This document shows, in pieces, positions 27,060 through 38,939 of a DNA stretch of 64,000 nt. Every line of letters starts with the position of its first letter. The first letter of the stretch is position 1. The position numbers and the translations under genes are program-made. Under the pieces are notes generated by a model that was not told where the DNA came from, searched no databases, and saw nothing but the letters and a program-made list of their open reading frames with translations. Source of the stretch: Sphagnum compactum (lineage: Eukaryota). The stretch spans positions 7,874,001 through 7,938,000 of the forward strand of contig OZ234494.1 of NCBI GenBank assembly GCA_965153455.1. Direction: 5' to 3'.

Positions 27060-28170
27060 AATGATGACAAATAGCTACGTTGCTCGTTGTTGTTTTGATA
27101 TGGGTTGCAGGCAGGAAAAAACGACGACGAGCAATGTAGCTACTTGTTGTCGTTCTCCTAAGGGATACAAGCAGGCAAAAATGATGAAAAGTAACTATGC
27201 TACTCATCGTTGTTCTACTATGGGTTGTAGGCATGAAAAAATGACGACGACGAATAGCGTACCTGCTTGTCGTCATTCTCCTATCGTTAGCAAAAGAATG
27301 ATGATAAGCAGCCATGCTGTTCATCATCATTTTGTTTTTTTTTCAGCCATGAACAAGGATGATGAGTGTAAGATTGTCATCCTCTTCAAATTTCGAAGCA
27401 AGTGCAAGTAATGACGACAAGCATCACTGTTGTTCGTCATCATTCTAGTTGTTTTCCAAGAGGAAGAATGACGATGAACAATCGCACGCTACTCGTCGTC
27501 ATCCTTTTTTTTGTTTTTTTAACAACTGCGAAGGAGGATGATGAGCATAGCTCGTCATCCTCTTGAAGCTCTGAAGCAAGTGTAAGTAACGACAACGAGT
27601 AGCAACGCTCATCATCTTCTTCAAGTTTGGAGGCTTGCGTAAGTAACGACAATGAGCAATGCAGCTACTTGTCATCGTTCTAGTTTGTTTTTTTTAAAAA
27701 GAATGATGATGAACAACCGCGCTGCTATCATCATTTTTTTTTGGAGTTGTGAAACAGGACAATGAACACAGCTTGTCGTCCTCTTCAAGTTCCAAGGTAG
27801 GCACCCAGTAATGACGACGAACAACACGGCTGCTCATCATCGTTTTAATTCTATTTTTTTAAAATGACAACAATTAGTCATGCTATTCATTGTCACTTTT
27901 CTTTTTGCAGTTGTGAAAGAAGATGATGAGCTGTGCTCGTCATCCTCTTCAAGTTTTAGGGTAGGCGCTCGGTAACGACGAGGAGCAGCAGTGTCATCCT
28001 TCTAGTTATTTTCCAAGAGCGAAAGGACAACAACAAACAGCATAGTTGTTTGATGTCATCCTTTTTTTATAGTTGTGAAGGACGACAACGAGTAGTGCGG
28101 CTACTCGTCGTCATCCTTTGTTTTTATTTTGCACTTGTGAAGGAAGATGACAATGCAATTCATCATCTTC
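27060..28170. repeat. Degenerate array of ~60-bp palindromic units (GACGACGAG...CTCGTCGTC) inside the MULE
   Basis: Examples: ACGACGACGAGCAATGTAGCTACTTGTTGTCGT (27121) and GACGACAACGAGTAGTGCGGCTACTCGTCGTCATC (28081); well over a dozen variants. Confidence 0.7.
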
Positions 28171-28401
28171 TTCACAGCTGAAGAGGAAGTGCCAGATCAC
28201 AATCATAAAAACATGGGCGCTTGTCTCGCATCGAATGATGAACGTTCATCATCATCAAATTTTTTTAGTTGCTACCTATAAGCTCCTTCTGGTTGTCTCT
28301 GCTTTGCATTCGCACAGTTGGTGAAAGAATGGAAAATGCTAAGAACTAAAATAATGTTATGTTGTTTATGTTTTTGTTAAATGCAAACTTGAAAGAAAGT
28401 A

Positions 28402-30079
28402 ATGAATGTTGGAACATATCAACAAGTTTCAGCAAACATTGTAGATGGCATGGGAGGTGTCATGAATGACAAACATTTGGAGGCTAGGGTGATGGGACAG
28501 CAAGCGAATGTTGAGAATGTGGTTCCATTGGTTGGAAGTGAAATTGCTGAAGAAGAAGAAGTGCAAGTGGGTGAAGATGTTGGGGAAACATCTAATGGAG
28601 ATGATGATCAAGTTGAGATGGATTTGGGAAGAACTACTTAATGATAAAGGACCAAGAAAATGTGGTTCTTGCTCCTCCAATGCTGAAGTAAGAGAATGCA
28701 AATGAGGATGTTGATGCACATATTGATAGAGGTGACATAACCATTGAACTTCACGTATTATTATTATTACCCCACCCATCCTTTCAAGTGGAGAGGATGG
28801 GTGGGGTTTTCTTTTTGTCAAATTCGTGATTGCAATACCTTCTTAAATTGTGGTCCTTAAACCTTTACATGCCCCACCTTCCTTTTCCATGTCAGAAGGT
28901 GGGTGGGGCTTTTCTTTTTAGTGCAACTCTAAAGGCAATACTTTTAGGCTTTGTATGTGATATTGTTATTTTTAGGGTTTGCTTCATTTTATGCAAATTT
29001 CAATATTGGAATTTAGCAATATTCTCATTCAGTGTTTTATTTTATTTTCTTTCTATGCAATACCCTAATCTTGTGTTATAATCTTGCATTTATTTATGCA
29101 ATACCTTCATTGTTTAGGGGATAACCTTCATCTAGAATATTAAGTCTCACATTAAGTTTTTTTTTTTTTTTGATTTCAAATGTGGTTGCCCGCCCCCCCC
29201 CCCCCCCCCCTAAGTTGCCATAGAAGGTGTCCATTGGGCAAGGGGTGGGCCCAAATTTACTTGTAGGGTTGATGGGTGCAATGCATCCTATACGGCCAAG
29301 TATAACTTGGTGTGACATTTGTGGGCATGTCACAATGTTACCATGGAACTGAGCAAGCGCGGACACCCATCTACTCGGGAACAGGGCCTGAGGGTTCAAG
29401 ACCACACGGCAATGGATGCACAAGTCTTAAATAACCTTTTGGCACAATTTTGTTGCAATGAATAAAAGGGTATTGTTAGGGCTAAGAAGCACGCATTCTT
29501 GGAGTGGGATAGGTTCTAGGTTGATTTGTAATACACACCTAAATTGCCTAAGCCCACATTTGTGAGGCTAGCTTTTAGCCACATTCTCCGGCTTTTTGGC
29601 ATATTACATGGGGTGTGGGGGCCATGCCTCTCAATGTGCATGCCATGTTAAAGCATGATGAGGACCTTGCACTTGTGATTCAAACGATTCGAGTTGGGTA
29701 TGCAAAGGCATTCAAAGACGCTTGGATGGAACACGACTGGAAGTTTACATCAAATAAGATAGTGCGGCATAAGGATATTGGCCTTCTTAAGCAATACCAT
29801 GATTCAGAAATGATTCATGGTCAGTATGTTTCCAATAATGCCATACTAAATTTTATTTGAATTCTAGGTTTTAGAATTCATATGCAATACTTATTATGTA
29901 TTGTTTGTTTTAGGGTTCGAGGCACCACTAAGGAGGTGTTTGTGGTTGATGTTATGGACGCAACATCAACTAATCACAAGGTTTTTACGCGACGACATGC
30001 CCATAATGCAAAGTTCACATTAGCGCAATACATGAAGGCCAATGGGATCCCATCCCCTTCCAGTAGTTACACAGATTAA
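28402..30079 (+). pseudogene. Decayed multi-exon C2H2 zinc-finger gene inside the MULE (core 29214-30079; probable acidic upstream exon 28402-~28686)
   Basis: Frame from 29214: VAIEGVHWARGGPKFTCRVDGCNASYTAKYNLV*HLWACHNVTMELSKRGHPSTREQG... = C-x4-C-x12-H-x4-H (29262-29333). After several stops and a frameshift it continues into ORF 29615-29860, then a GTATGT..TTTAG intron (~29825-29913) to ...VRGTTKEVFVVD...SSSYTD*. Linkage of the acidic exon is inferred. Confidence 0.7.
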
Positions 30080-30419
30080 GGAATCCCATAATATATCCCA
30101 CTTTTGATTAGGGTGTTGTTTTGATCTTTAGGATTTAGGGTAGCAATTTATTGTTGAAGCAACCACATGTTCCCTGTTTTAGGCTGGGGTTCTTTTGGAC
30201 TTGAGCATTTCTTGCACATTTTTGTAACACATGTAACCCATGTTTTTTATTTAAAGCATTTTACTTTCATTTTGCACCATCTTGTGTTAATGGTTAAAAA
30301 TACATAATTCACATATTTTTATATGTTTGATTGATAAATTTATCAAAACAATGATTCTAATCTTGCACTCCAACCACAAAATCTTTATTTACCCCCAAAA
30401 ATTAGATGTTCAAACCTAA

Positions 30420-30970
30420 AAAGGAAAGTGATACCCTCATGTGGGTATTCTGTAAACACCATGGATTGAATTATTTTGGTCAAGGTTATTAGAGGGGTAT
30501 TGCTTTTGCCCATAATTACTCAATGCAAATGCAATACCCCTATAGGGGTATATTATAACTCCTTCGAGGTCCATAACATATTAAAAAAGTCCTAAAGAGG
30601 TATTGCATAGCCTTAACAAAACTTAGAAGAAACGCATTGCCCCCATGAGGGTACTTTATAAACACCATGGATTGAATTATTTTGGTCAAGGCTATTGGAG
30701 GGGTATTGATTATGCCCAAAATTACTCAATGCAAATACACCCTCATAAGGGTATTAAAAATCCTAAACCTACAGGGAAAATATTCTATAAACACCATGGA
30801 TTGAATTATTTTAGTCCATGCTATTGAATGGGTATTGTTTGTGCCCATAATTACTTGATGGGTGTGCAATACTTTGCTTATGTCAAAAATCTTTTGGGCT
30901 TCATCACATATCTTTTGAAACCCATAGGGGTATTGCTTAAACCTGCAAGGAAAATAATACCCTATTTGGG
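30420..30970 (+). repeat. Internal MULE tandem array (GGGTATTG-rich), ~3 units
   Basis: AAACACCATGGATTGAATTATTTT at ~30455, 30661 and 30790; reverse-complement related to the array at 35980-37290. Confidence 0.8.
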
Positions 30971-31602
30971 GTAATCAATGTGGCTAGTTTTGTAATATCT
31001 TCATTCCAATACATTGGTCCATTAGTGAATTATTGTCATTTATGATGTTGAAAACGAATTTAAACTATAATTTTTAATAAAAATATTAACAAGTTAAAAC
31101 AATTAAGCAAATATTTTATCTCTACAAATGCAAAATAAAATAAATTCATATATTAATTAATTAATTATTTTACTTAAAATATTTTCAAAATTAAAAATTG
31201 ATAGATTATGCACCATTTATATTTTTTGAATCATAAACAACCATTCATTTATTCAAATAAACTTCACATGTGTTTTAGGTTTAATAAAAGATGAAGAAAA
31301 AAATATTTTAATATATTTTAATACAAAAGGGAATACAAATTGAAGTGTGACAATTAATGATCATGGGCGCCATTATTTGATATGTTATTCCCTAAATTTC
31401 AATTTACATATAATAAACATGAGATTACATGCATTAATTAAATATACATCATTAATAAGTTTTTTTTGGATAGGTTGAATACCCCAAATAATGTTGAAAG
31501 ATATGTGATTGACCAAAAAACATATACCGGACAATGGTATTGCAATTTAATTTCACCCTTTTGGCCATGAGCAATACCCTTTGGAAGTTTAAGCAAAAAA
31601 TA

Positions 31603-32202
31603 CTAAGTGTGAGTCCAATGGTAAAAAGTAATTTCTGCCACATCTGGCCATGTGTAAAGCCATTTGATGGAAAAGTGGGCCAAACAACCACACTTGATTG
31701 ACCTCATGTGGTTGGGGTCTTTGCGGTGGTCTTTTGGCCCATAACCACATTCATACCTACAAAACATAGTTTACATTCAATCAAATCAAAAGACACAAAA
31801 GTGATTAACCCTAAAACTTCCAAAAATGACCAATGGAAAGGGTTTATAGGTTTTGAAAACATACCAAGTATGTCCAAGTTGATTCTTTATTGTTGGTTTT
31901 TTTACATCATGGTGAGGGGACAAATTCTTGGAGATGTTCCACTTAATCGCAATTTGCATATCCCTTCGTTCACCCTACAAAAACTTAGAAACACGAGCAT
32001 TGGGGGATGTATGCGTTTTCAATTGCCACCTTGTTTTGGCCTGCATGCCTAAACCGATCTTTCCACGCCAAGTCCACATTCGAAAAAGGTAACTTTGCCA
32101 AGTTTTAGATTTTGATGGATTGGGACAATAGAGTTCGACCCATGTTTTCAATTGCTGAAGGAATAACCATGTAATAGGAATCCCCAACTTATGAAAACTC
32201 AT
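31603..32202 (-). pseudogene. Truncated MULE/SWIM-family transposase, N-terminal DNA-binding region only (2 exons)
   Basis: Exon ~32202-31865: VGDSYYMVIPSAIENMGRTLLSQSIKI*NLAKLPFSNVDLAWKDRF...AYIPQ/(fs)RVSKFL*GERRD...KPTIKNQLGHTW. Intron GTATGT..TTTGTAG (31864-31757). Exon 31756-31603: YECGYGPKDHRKDPNHMRSIKCGCLAHFSIKWLYTWPDVAEITFYHWTHT*. From recall this matches the YxCxxGPxD...RGCxxHF...HxxH pattern of plant MULE-derived SWIM proteins (AT4G13970/AT1G60560 type); no DDE domain is visible. Confidence 0.75.
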
Positions 32203-32894
32203 GGAACACCCTCACAAGTTTACAAATTGTAATAACCCTAATCAATAAAACCCTTAAACCTTACAAGTGAATCTTACCACAACCCATCAACAAACAATAG
32301 TTTACAAATGGAAAAAAAAATCACGCGACTATCTTATGGTTATTTAAACTTACGCAAAAAAAACAAAGTGCTATCCTCCTGGAGATAATCAATTGAATAT
32401 ATGTAGGGCTTTCAATCTAGATGTGCAATACCCACATGCAAATGATATTTCCATGACCATCCATATACAAGGGGGAACAAAACACCCCAGTAAAATAAAA
32501 AACAAAAAAATCACTAATTAAACCCTAATTTGAAAAAACTAAATGAAAAGTAAAATGAATAGAAAACATGATGTGTTTCTTACCTCTTGTTTTGGTCTTG
32601 CTTATGAGCCTTTCTCCATTCTCTTTGAGAGAAAAAAAAAATGTATTGTGGCATATATGTGCAAATGCAAAATCCCCCCCCTCCACCCAAATCCATATTA
32701 GGTTTAATTTTAATTAGGTTTAAAAGGTGCAAAAAGTCATAAATATTTGTTATTTCCATAACCCAAAATTCTAAAACCTTAGTGCTAACATAAATAATTG
32801 TTAAATCTAATCCACATTGCTTAAGTACATCATTAAAACAAACAAATCAAATTGTTTTATCTAGGCCCTATTGTTTGATCTAGGCCTCCCATGT

Positions 32895-33450
32895 GTACAA
32901 CATGCATTAAATGTGTTGGCTTTGCAATACCCCCCCCCCCCCCCCCCCCCATCGTGAAAAACACTCTTGACATAGAACTTGTAGTACCCTAATTGGGGGG
33001 GTTTCACATACTCCAGATTTTCAAAAGATTCTGCAATACCCTCACAACACGTAAAAACTACATGTTTACAACTAATGCCTATTTGTTATACCCTTACATA
33101 GGGGGATGATAATTACTTTAATCTTGCCCTTATTAATTTTGCTCAATGAACAAGACCAAGTTCCATGCAATATCTTCACTTTATTCTTTCCTGATCGTTT
33201 TCGACCCTTGGGGGGTTTATTGCAATGGCAACCATGTAGGTAGGTGTAGCCATGTAGGTGGGGTTTGGTAGGTACCTACTTATAGTGTTGATAGGTAGGT
33301 TAGTGGTAAAGCGAATAGGTGGGTGGGGATGAGTTAAACACATCTTAAATTTATAGGTGAGTAGGTCGATGGGGGATAGTGGGGGGTAGTAGGTAGGTGG
33401 GTGGGAAAAGTTTCCCAAAAAAAAAAAAAACTAGGTGGGGGGCAAGGCTG
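32895..33450. repeat. Internal duplicate of the MULE right subterminal region (second copy 37318-37810)
   Basis: Shared blocks include TACAACATGCATTA, AAAACACTCTT..AGAACTTG, TTCACTTTATTCTTTCCT and GGCAACCATGTAGGTAGGTGTAGCCATGTAGGTGGG. Confidence 0.85.
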
Positions 33451-35979
33451 GGCTCCATAACATATCTTTTGGAATTTGGAAAGGTATTGCATTACCCACA
33501 TCATTTTGCAATAATATCATAAACCGTGAAAGAAAAGATTTTTTAAAAAGATATTGATTCCATGCTCATTACATCATGCTAGACACAATGATTCAAGTAA
33601 ATGAGGCAACATCCTCTCCCTCATGGTGGAGTGATTGGAAACATGGGATTTCCTTCATCTTTTAAACAACATCTTCCATCCTCATGGTGGATTGATTCAT
33701 TTGAAAACTAACCCAAGGGACAAGATTGAATGTTCAAAATTTGCAAGGAAAGTAGTGTATAACAACTTTGAGAGAAAAAAGAACTCACAACTATGGAGCA
33801 TTACCTCTTGAACTTTCTAGAGTTTGCACGGACTTTCACTTGCACTTGCAGGACCTTTTGACTCTCGCCCACACAACAAGGACCTTGGACCCTCGTGCGG
33901 ACTTTTGCTCCCACTCATGGGACCTTGGACTCCTGCTTGCACTTTCAAGACCTTTTGTCTCTTGCGCGAACTTTTGCCCCACTCTTGAGACCCTCAACTC
34001 CCGTAATTTGATATTATCTTGATTTTGAGTTAGTTGATTAGGCAAATGATTTTCAAAGCTTTGGAAATTGCTTATCGTTTCACTCTACATGTTTAAAGTT
34101 TTAGTTTTCATGAGTTCATTACATATCTATAGGTACTCAATGAAAGCCACAACAAAAAGATTCAAAGAAAATTACAAAATCTAACCCAAATTTGGGTTTT
34201 CAAAAACTTTAAATTGGTATTACACATTCAATGTTACACACACTAACCATGGCATTGCTAATGCCTTCAATGGGTTGATGATTTTTAATAAAGTTCATGT
34301 AATGTAATATCCACCTTTGATGTAGGGGATGCATGAAAATGGAGACAAAATTGTGACTACGAAATTATTTTGGGCTAGACTTTTTGTAAGTTGATAGTAT
34401 ATTAATTTATAATCATCATAAATAGTGGATCATGTTGCATCCATTACAAGGTGATTACATACCATAGCCCAACTAATGAACTCAATTGCTACTTTCAAAG
34501 CATTTGAAGCACAAATTTGAAACAACCGTAATTTGAAAAAAATTAAAGGTTCTAGAAACATCATATGAAAAATGCACCTCTAAAGAAAACCCCACCTTTG
34601 CCCCACCTTCCTCCTCCATCAAATGTTTAATTAAAAATTCTACCAAATTAAAATAATTTATGCAAACATTATATCTCTAGAACTGCAAAAATATATAATT
34701 TCACACATTATTAAACTCAATATATCATCATTTAGTACATTGTAAACTAAAATTTACATAGAATTAAATTACAAGGACTAAATTTACATAATACTAGTAA
34801 CTAATATTTCAAACTTCAATTAAAATATTTCAACCTACATAGAGATAATATTCAATTACATAAATTAATAAAATATACAATGTTAATAACTTATCTTCTG
34901 GAATTTTTAATTCTCATTAAAAATAAATTTTACAAAAAAATTGCACTATACAGAACCATGGGTTTACATATATTATTTAAATTTAATATATATTTTCCAA
35001 TAAATTCTTATCTTATTTTAAATAAATATGAAGACATTTATATATATTAAAAAGAAAAAATATATAATTCCATAGTATCATCAATTATATATAATTTACT
35101 ACTCAATATGTTATAGATAAAAATATATTTAAACCAATATTTAAGCCAATATTATACATCATTAAAAACAAATTACATAAGAACTTGTGTTATATCTTTA
35201 TAAAATATAAAATATTACCAACCTACTATTTAATTATTTTAAGTTATAAATTATTATTACATGTCAAAAAACATTTAAGTAAAATTTCAATCATACATAG
35301 GATTAATTTATGCGAGAGACCATTAAAAAAATTAGAAAATCATGTGTTTTAATTAAATTTTAATGCTTTCATGCATTAAAATATTACAAAATTAGAGACT
35401 TTATGTTTTTATTTTTAAAAATGAGTTTATAACTTAAAAAGGGAAAAACATAAATATGTACATCATTGAAAAAATGTTAAGCCTGAATTTTTTATTTTTT
35501 TATTTTGACAAACTTTGAATTCTAACATTAATTAGTAAATTTTACATTAAACCCTAAACCCTTGTACCATCAATGTGACCAATTTTCCATTACGTTCATT
35601 TTTATATATGTTAAATCATATTGTAAAGTGAATAAATAATTTTGAAAACATGGATTTCATGATATATTTGTAGGGAATCGAGTATTTTAAAAAATATTCT
35701 TATGTTTCATGGTGAATACAAATATCCCATGATGATGCAAGTATTGCATTTAAATTTCATAACTTTGTTCAAATGACCTTTTACCATCAATGTGAAATTT
35801 TTTGCAATACCTTTATTTACTTGAATCAATATGTAGGGCATGTTATATTGAACATGGAATAAATATTTTGAAAAATATCCTTTTGTTTCATGGTTTAAGA
35901 TATTATTGCAATATGATGCAAGTACTACTTTCCTTCTAGGTTTTGGTATGACTATGCAAAACCCCTCCAAGTTTGAAAA

Positions 35980-37290
35980 GATATGTTACGGAGCCCACTG
36001 TATTTTTGGGACAACTTATAAAGGGTATTGCAGGTGTAGTGTGTAATTTTAAAGCATGAGCAATATCCCTCCAGTAGTGTAGACCCATGGGGTTTAATTA
36101 TTGAATACCTTAATGATGGTATTGTTTTCCTTGGAGGTTTTGGTAAGGCTACACAATACCCCTCTGCATGTCAAAAGATATGTTATGGAACCCAATGTAT
36201 TTAGCCCATGGTTTTTACTGAATACCCTAAGTAGGGTATTGCTTTGTTCGTAGGTTTTGGTAGGCCTATGCAATACCTTTGCACATTTCAAGTTATGGAG
36301 CCCAATGTATTTTTGGGATAACCTAAAGGTATTACATGTGTATTGTGTAGTTTTGAAGATGAACATTACCCTTCCAATAATGTAGACCCATGGTGTTTGA
36401 TTATTGAATACCCTAATGAGGGTATTAATTTCCTTGTAGGTTTTTGTAGGGTTATGCATTACCCCTCCGCATGTCAAAATATATGTCATGGAAACATATG
36501 TATTTCTAGGATACCTTGAGAGGGGTAGTGCACGAACAATACCCATCTAATAGCCTAGACCAAAATAATTTAGCCCATGGCTTTTATAGTGTAGCCCAAT
36601 GAGGGTAATGCATCCCTTCTAGGTTTTGGTAGGGCTATGCAATACTCCTCTAATCTTTAAAAAAAATGTTATGGAGCCCTATTTATTTCCAGGATACCTT
36701 GCATGGGGTATTGCAAGTGTATGGAGTAGTTTGCACATGAGCAATACCCCTTTAAAAGTGACATAACCCCTTGGTGTTTAATTACATAATACCCTAATGA
36801 GGTTATTGGTTTCCTTGTAGGGCTATGTAATACCCCTCCACGTGTCAAAATATATGTTATGGAGCCCAATGTATTTTTGGAATCCTCAAGAAGGGTATTG
36901 CCAATGTATTGAGTAGTTTTGGGCATGAGCAATACCCTTTTGATAGCCTAGACCAAAATAATTTAGCCCATGGTGTTTACAATGTAATGCAATGAGAATA
37001 TTGAAATCGTTTTAGGTTTTGGTAGGGTTATGCATTACCCCGTGATGTGTCAAAAGATATGTTATGGAGCTTAATGTATTTCTGGGATACCTTGAGAGGG
37101 GTATTGTCATGTGGCCCAATGAGGGTATTGCAAGTGTAACCCAATGAAGGTATTATAATTTAGCTCAATGAAGGTATTGCATTCCTTCTAGGTTTTGGTA
37201 GGGCTATGCAATACTCCTTGACTTGTGAAAGGATATGATATGGAGCCCAAACTATTGTTGGGGTACATAGAATGGGGGATTGCACGTTCA
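35980..37290 (-). repeat. Internal MULE tandem array of ~190-bp degenerate units rich in GGGTATTG/CAATACCC
   Basis: ATATGTTATGGAGCCC-like anchors at ~35981, 36178, 36481, 36666, 36852, 37058, 37234. Confidence 0.85.
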
Positions 37291-38939
37291 TTGAGTATGT
37301 TGTTTTATGAACCTGAGTACAACATGCATTAGATGCATCTAAATTGAACTAAAATTCCATATTGCTTTGATTATCCACTTGGTTTGCAATACCCCCATGG
37401 AAAACACTCTTTGAGCAGAACTTGCAATACCCTTATATAGGGGGTATTAAATACTTTAGTCGTCCCCTTATTTATTTTGTTTGAATGAACAAGAGCAAGC
37501 TTCATGCAATACCTTCATTTTATTCTTTCCTCATTGTTGTTGATCGTTAGGGGGTCTATTGTAGTGGCAACCATGTAGGTAGGTGTAGCCATGTAGGTGG
37601 GGTTTGGTAGGTAGGTTGGTGCCAGGGCGGGTAGGTGGGCGGGGATGAGAGTAACACATTTTTAACTTATAGGTGAGTAGGTAGATGGGGAAGAGTCTAG
37701 TTTTAATTTCAATATATAGGTGAGTAGGTCGGTGGGGGACAGTGGGGTAGGTGGGTGGGTGGGAAAAGTTTCAAAAGCAAAAAAGAAAGAAAAAAGGGTG
37801 AGGGGCAGGCGGGGAGAAAATAAAGTTCCCAAAAAAAAAACAGAGATCAGGGGAAAAAAAAAACCTGGGAAAGGGGGTTTAGGGAGAAAATAAAGTTGCA
37901 AAAAAAAAAAACTAAGATCAGGGCTGAAAAAGGGCAAACAAAAAGAGTCAAGCTGCGATGGCGCAGGGATAGAAAAGAGAATCCTAGGAGTGCACCATCC
38001 ATCCATCCACGTTGGTGCACTGGTGGGTGCTGCTTCACTCTGGCCTAGCAGCAACAATGGAGGCGCTCAGGAAAAAAGAAGACAGGATGAGACTCAGGGT
38101 ACCTACCGCCAACCTACCACCAAAATTGATGGTTTTCTCAGTTTAACCCCATGTTTGCATGCTAATGTACTTGTTTGCATGTGTTTTTTGAATCTCACCA
38201 CCCCCCCCTTCTTTATGCCTTTTAGAAACATGGTCACATAGTTCCAACTCAAAGGAACTTGGTGTTGTCAGTGGAAGGACAGAAACTACCTTAGTACCTT
38301 GGGCAGCTTCAACATTAATCATAGTGTTTGCCAAAAAAAAGTGGAAAATTCTCAAAAAAAAACATTTTTTTTCCAAATTGGAATGTTTATAAAGGGTAAA
38401 TTTTTTTCAAAATGAAAAATTCCAAAATTAATTAATTAATGAATTAATTATTTGACAGACATGTGTTGAAGCTGCACCTGTACTAGAGTACTATAGGTAT
38501 GTATGCCTAATAATTTCCTTGAATCTTAGTGAAGACAAAAACCGAGATGCCTCCCAGTTTGAGTGAGTGAATGGAGGACAGACAAATGGGACCCAAGGGA
38601 CTCAATGCTATTAAAACCCTAGCATTCCATATGTTTGTTTTGTTGTGAACTTTGCAGAGGGAGGGGGGGGAGAGGCCCAACTTCCAAGAGAGACCAAAAG
38701 TGTAGAAGTTTTCTCATGTGGGTATTTTTTGAACTTTGTGCAAAAAAAGTGTCGGAAACAAATCGAAATAATAGCAACAATAGCTGGCCTGACTTCTCAA
38801 GCTAGGATCCTCTTTTCCTATGGCATACATAGGGCTTTTTAGGTACCTTGTGTTGTATCCATGATTGACCTAGTTGACTAGAGTGTACTATTTGACTGGC
38901 ATTTCATTGTTAAAGGAGGAGAGAGAGAGAGAGAGAGAC

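Larger units (their letters stand above)
26417..38045. mobile_element. Mutator-like DNA transposon (MULE), 11.6 kb, internally deleted/rearranged
   Basis: Left TIR GGCTTGAGTGAGCCAGCACCCACCAGTGTACCA; right TIR (revcomp) GGCCAGAGTGAAGCAGCACCCACCAGTGCACCA. TSD TAGCAGCAG (26408-26416) / TAGCAGCAA (38046-38054). A related empty site lies at ~43200-43290 (minus). Contains a MULE-type transposase remnant. Confidence 0.88.

Noticed and set aside
26995-27652. ORFs of 70-138 aa with repeated MMTT..CRHS peptides
   Set aside because: These are translations of the palindromic repeat array.
33790-34500. Coding-like remnants in the right half of the MULE
   Set aside because: All frames examined are broken and give no recognisable motif; BLASTX would be needed.
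36094-36932. 150-aa and 87-aa ORFs
   Set aside because: These are translations of the ~190-bp tandem array.
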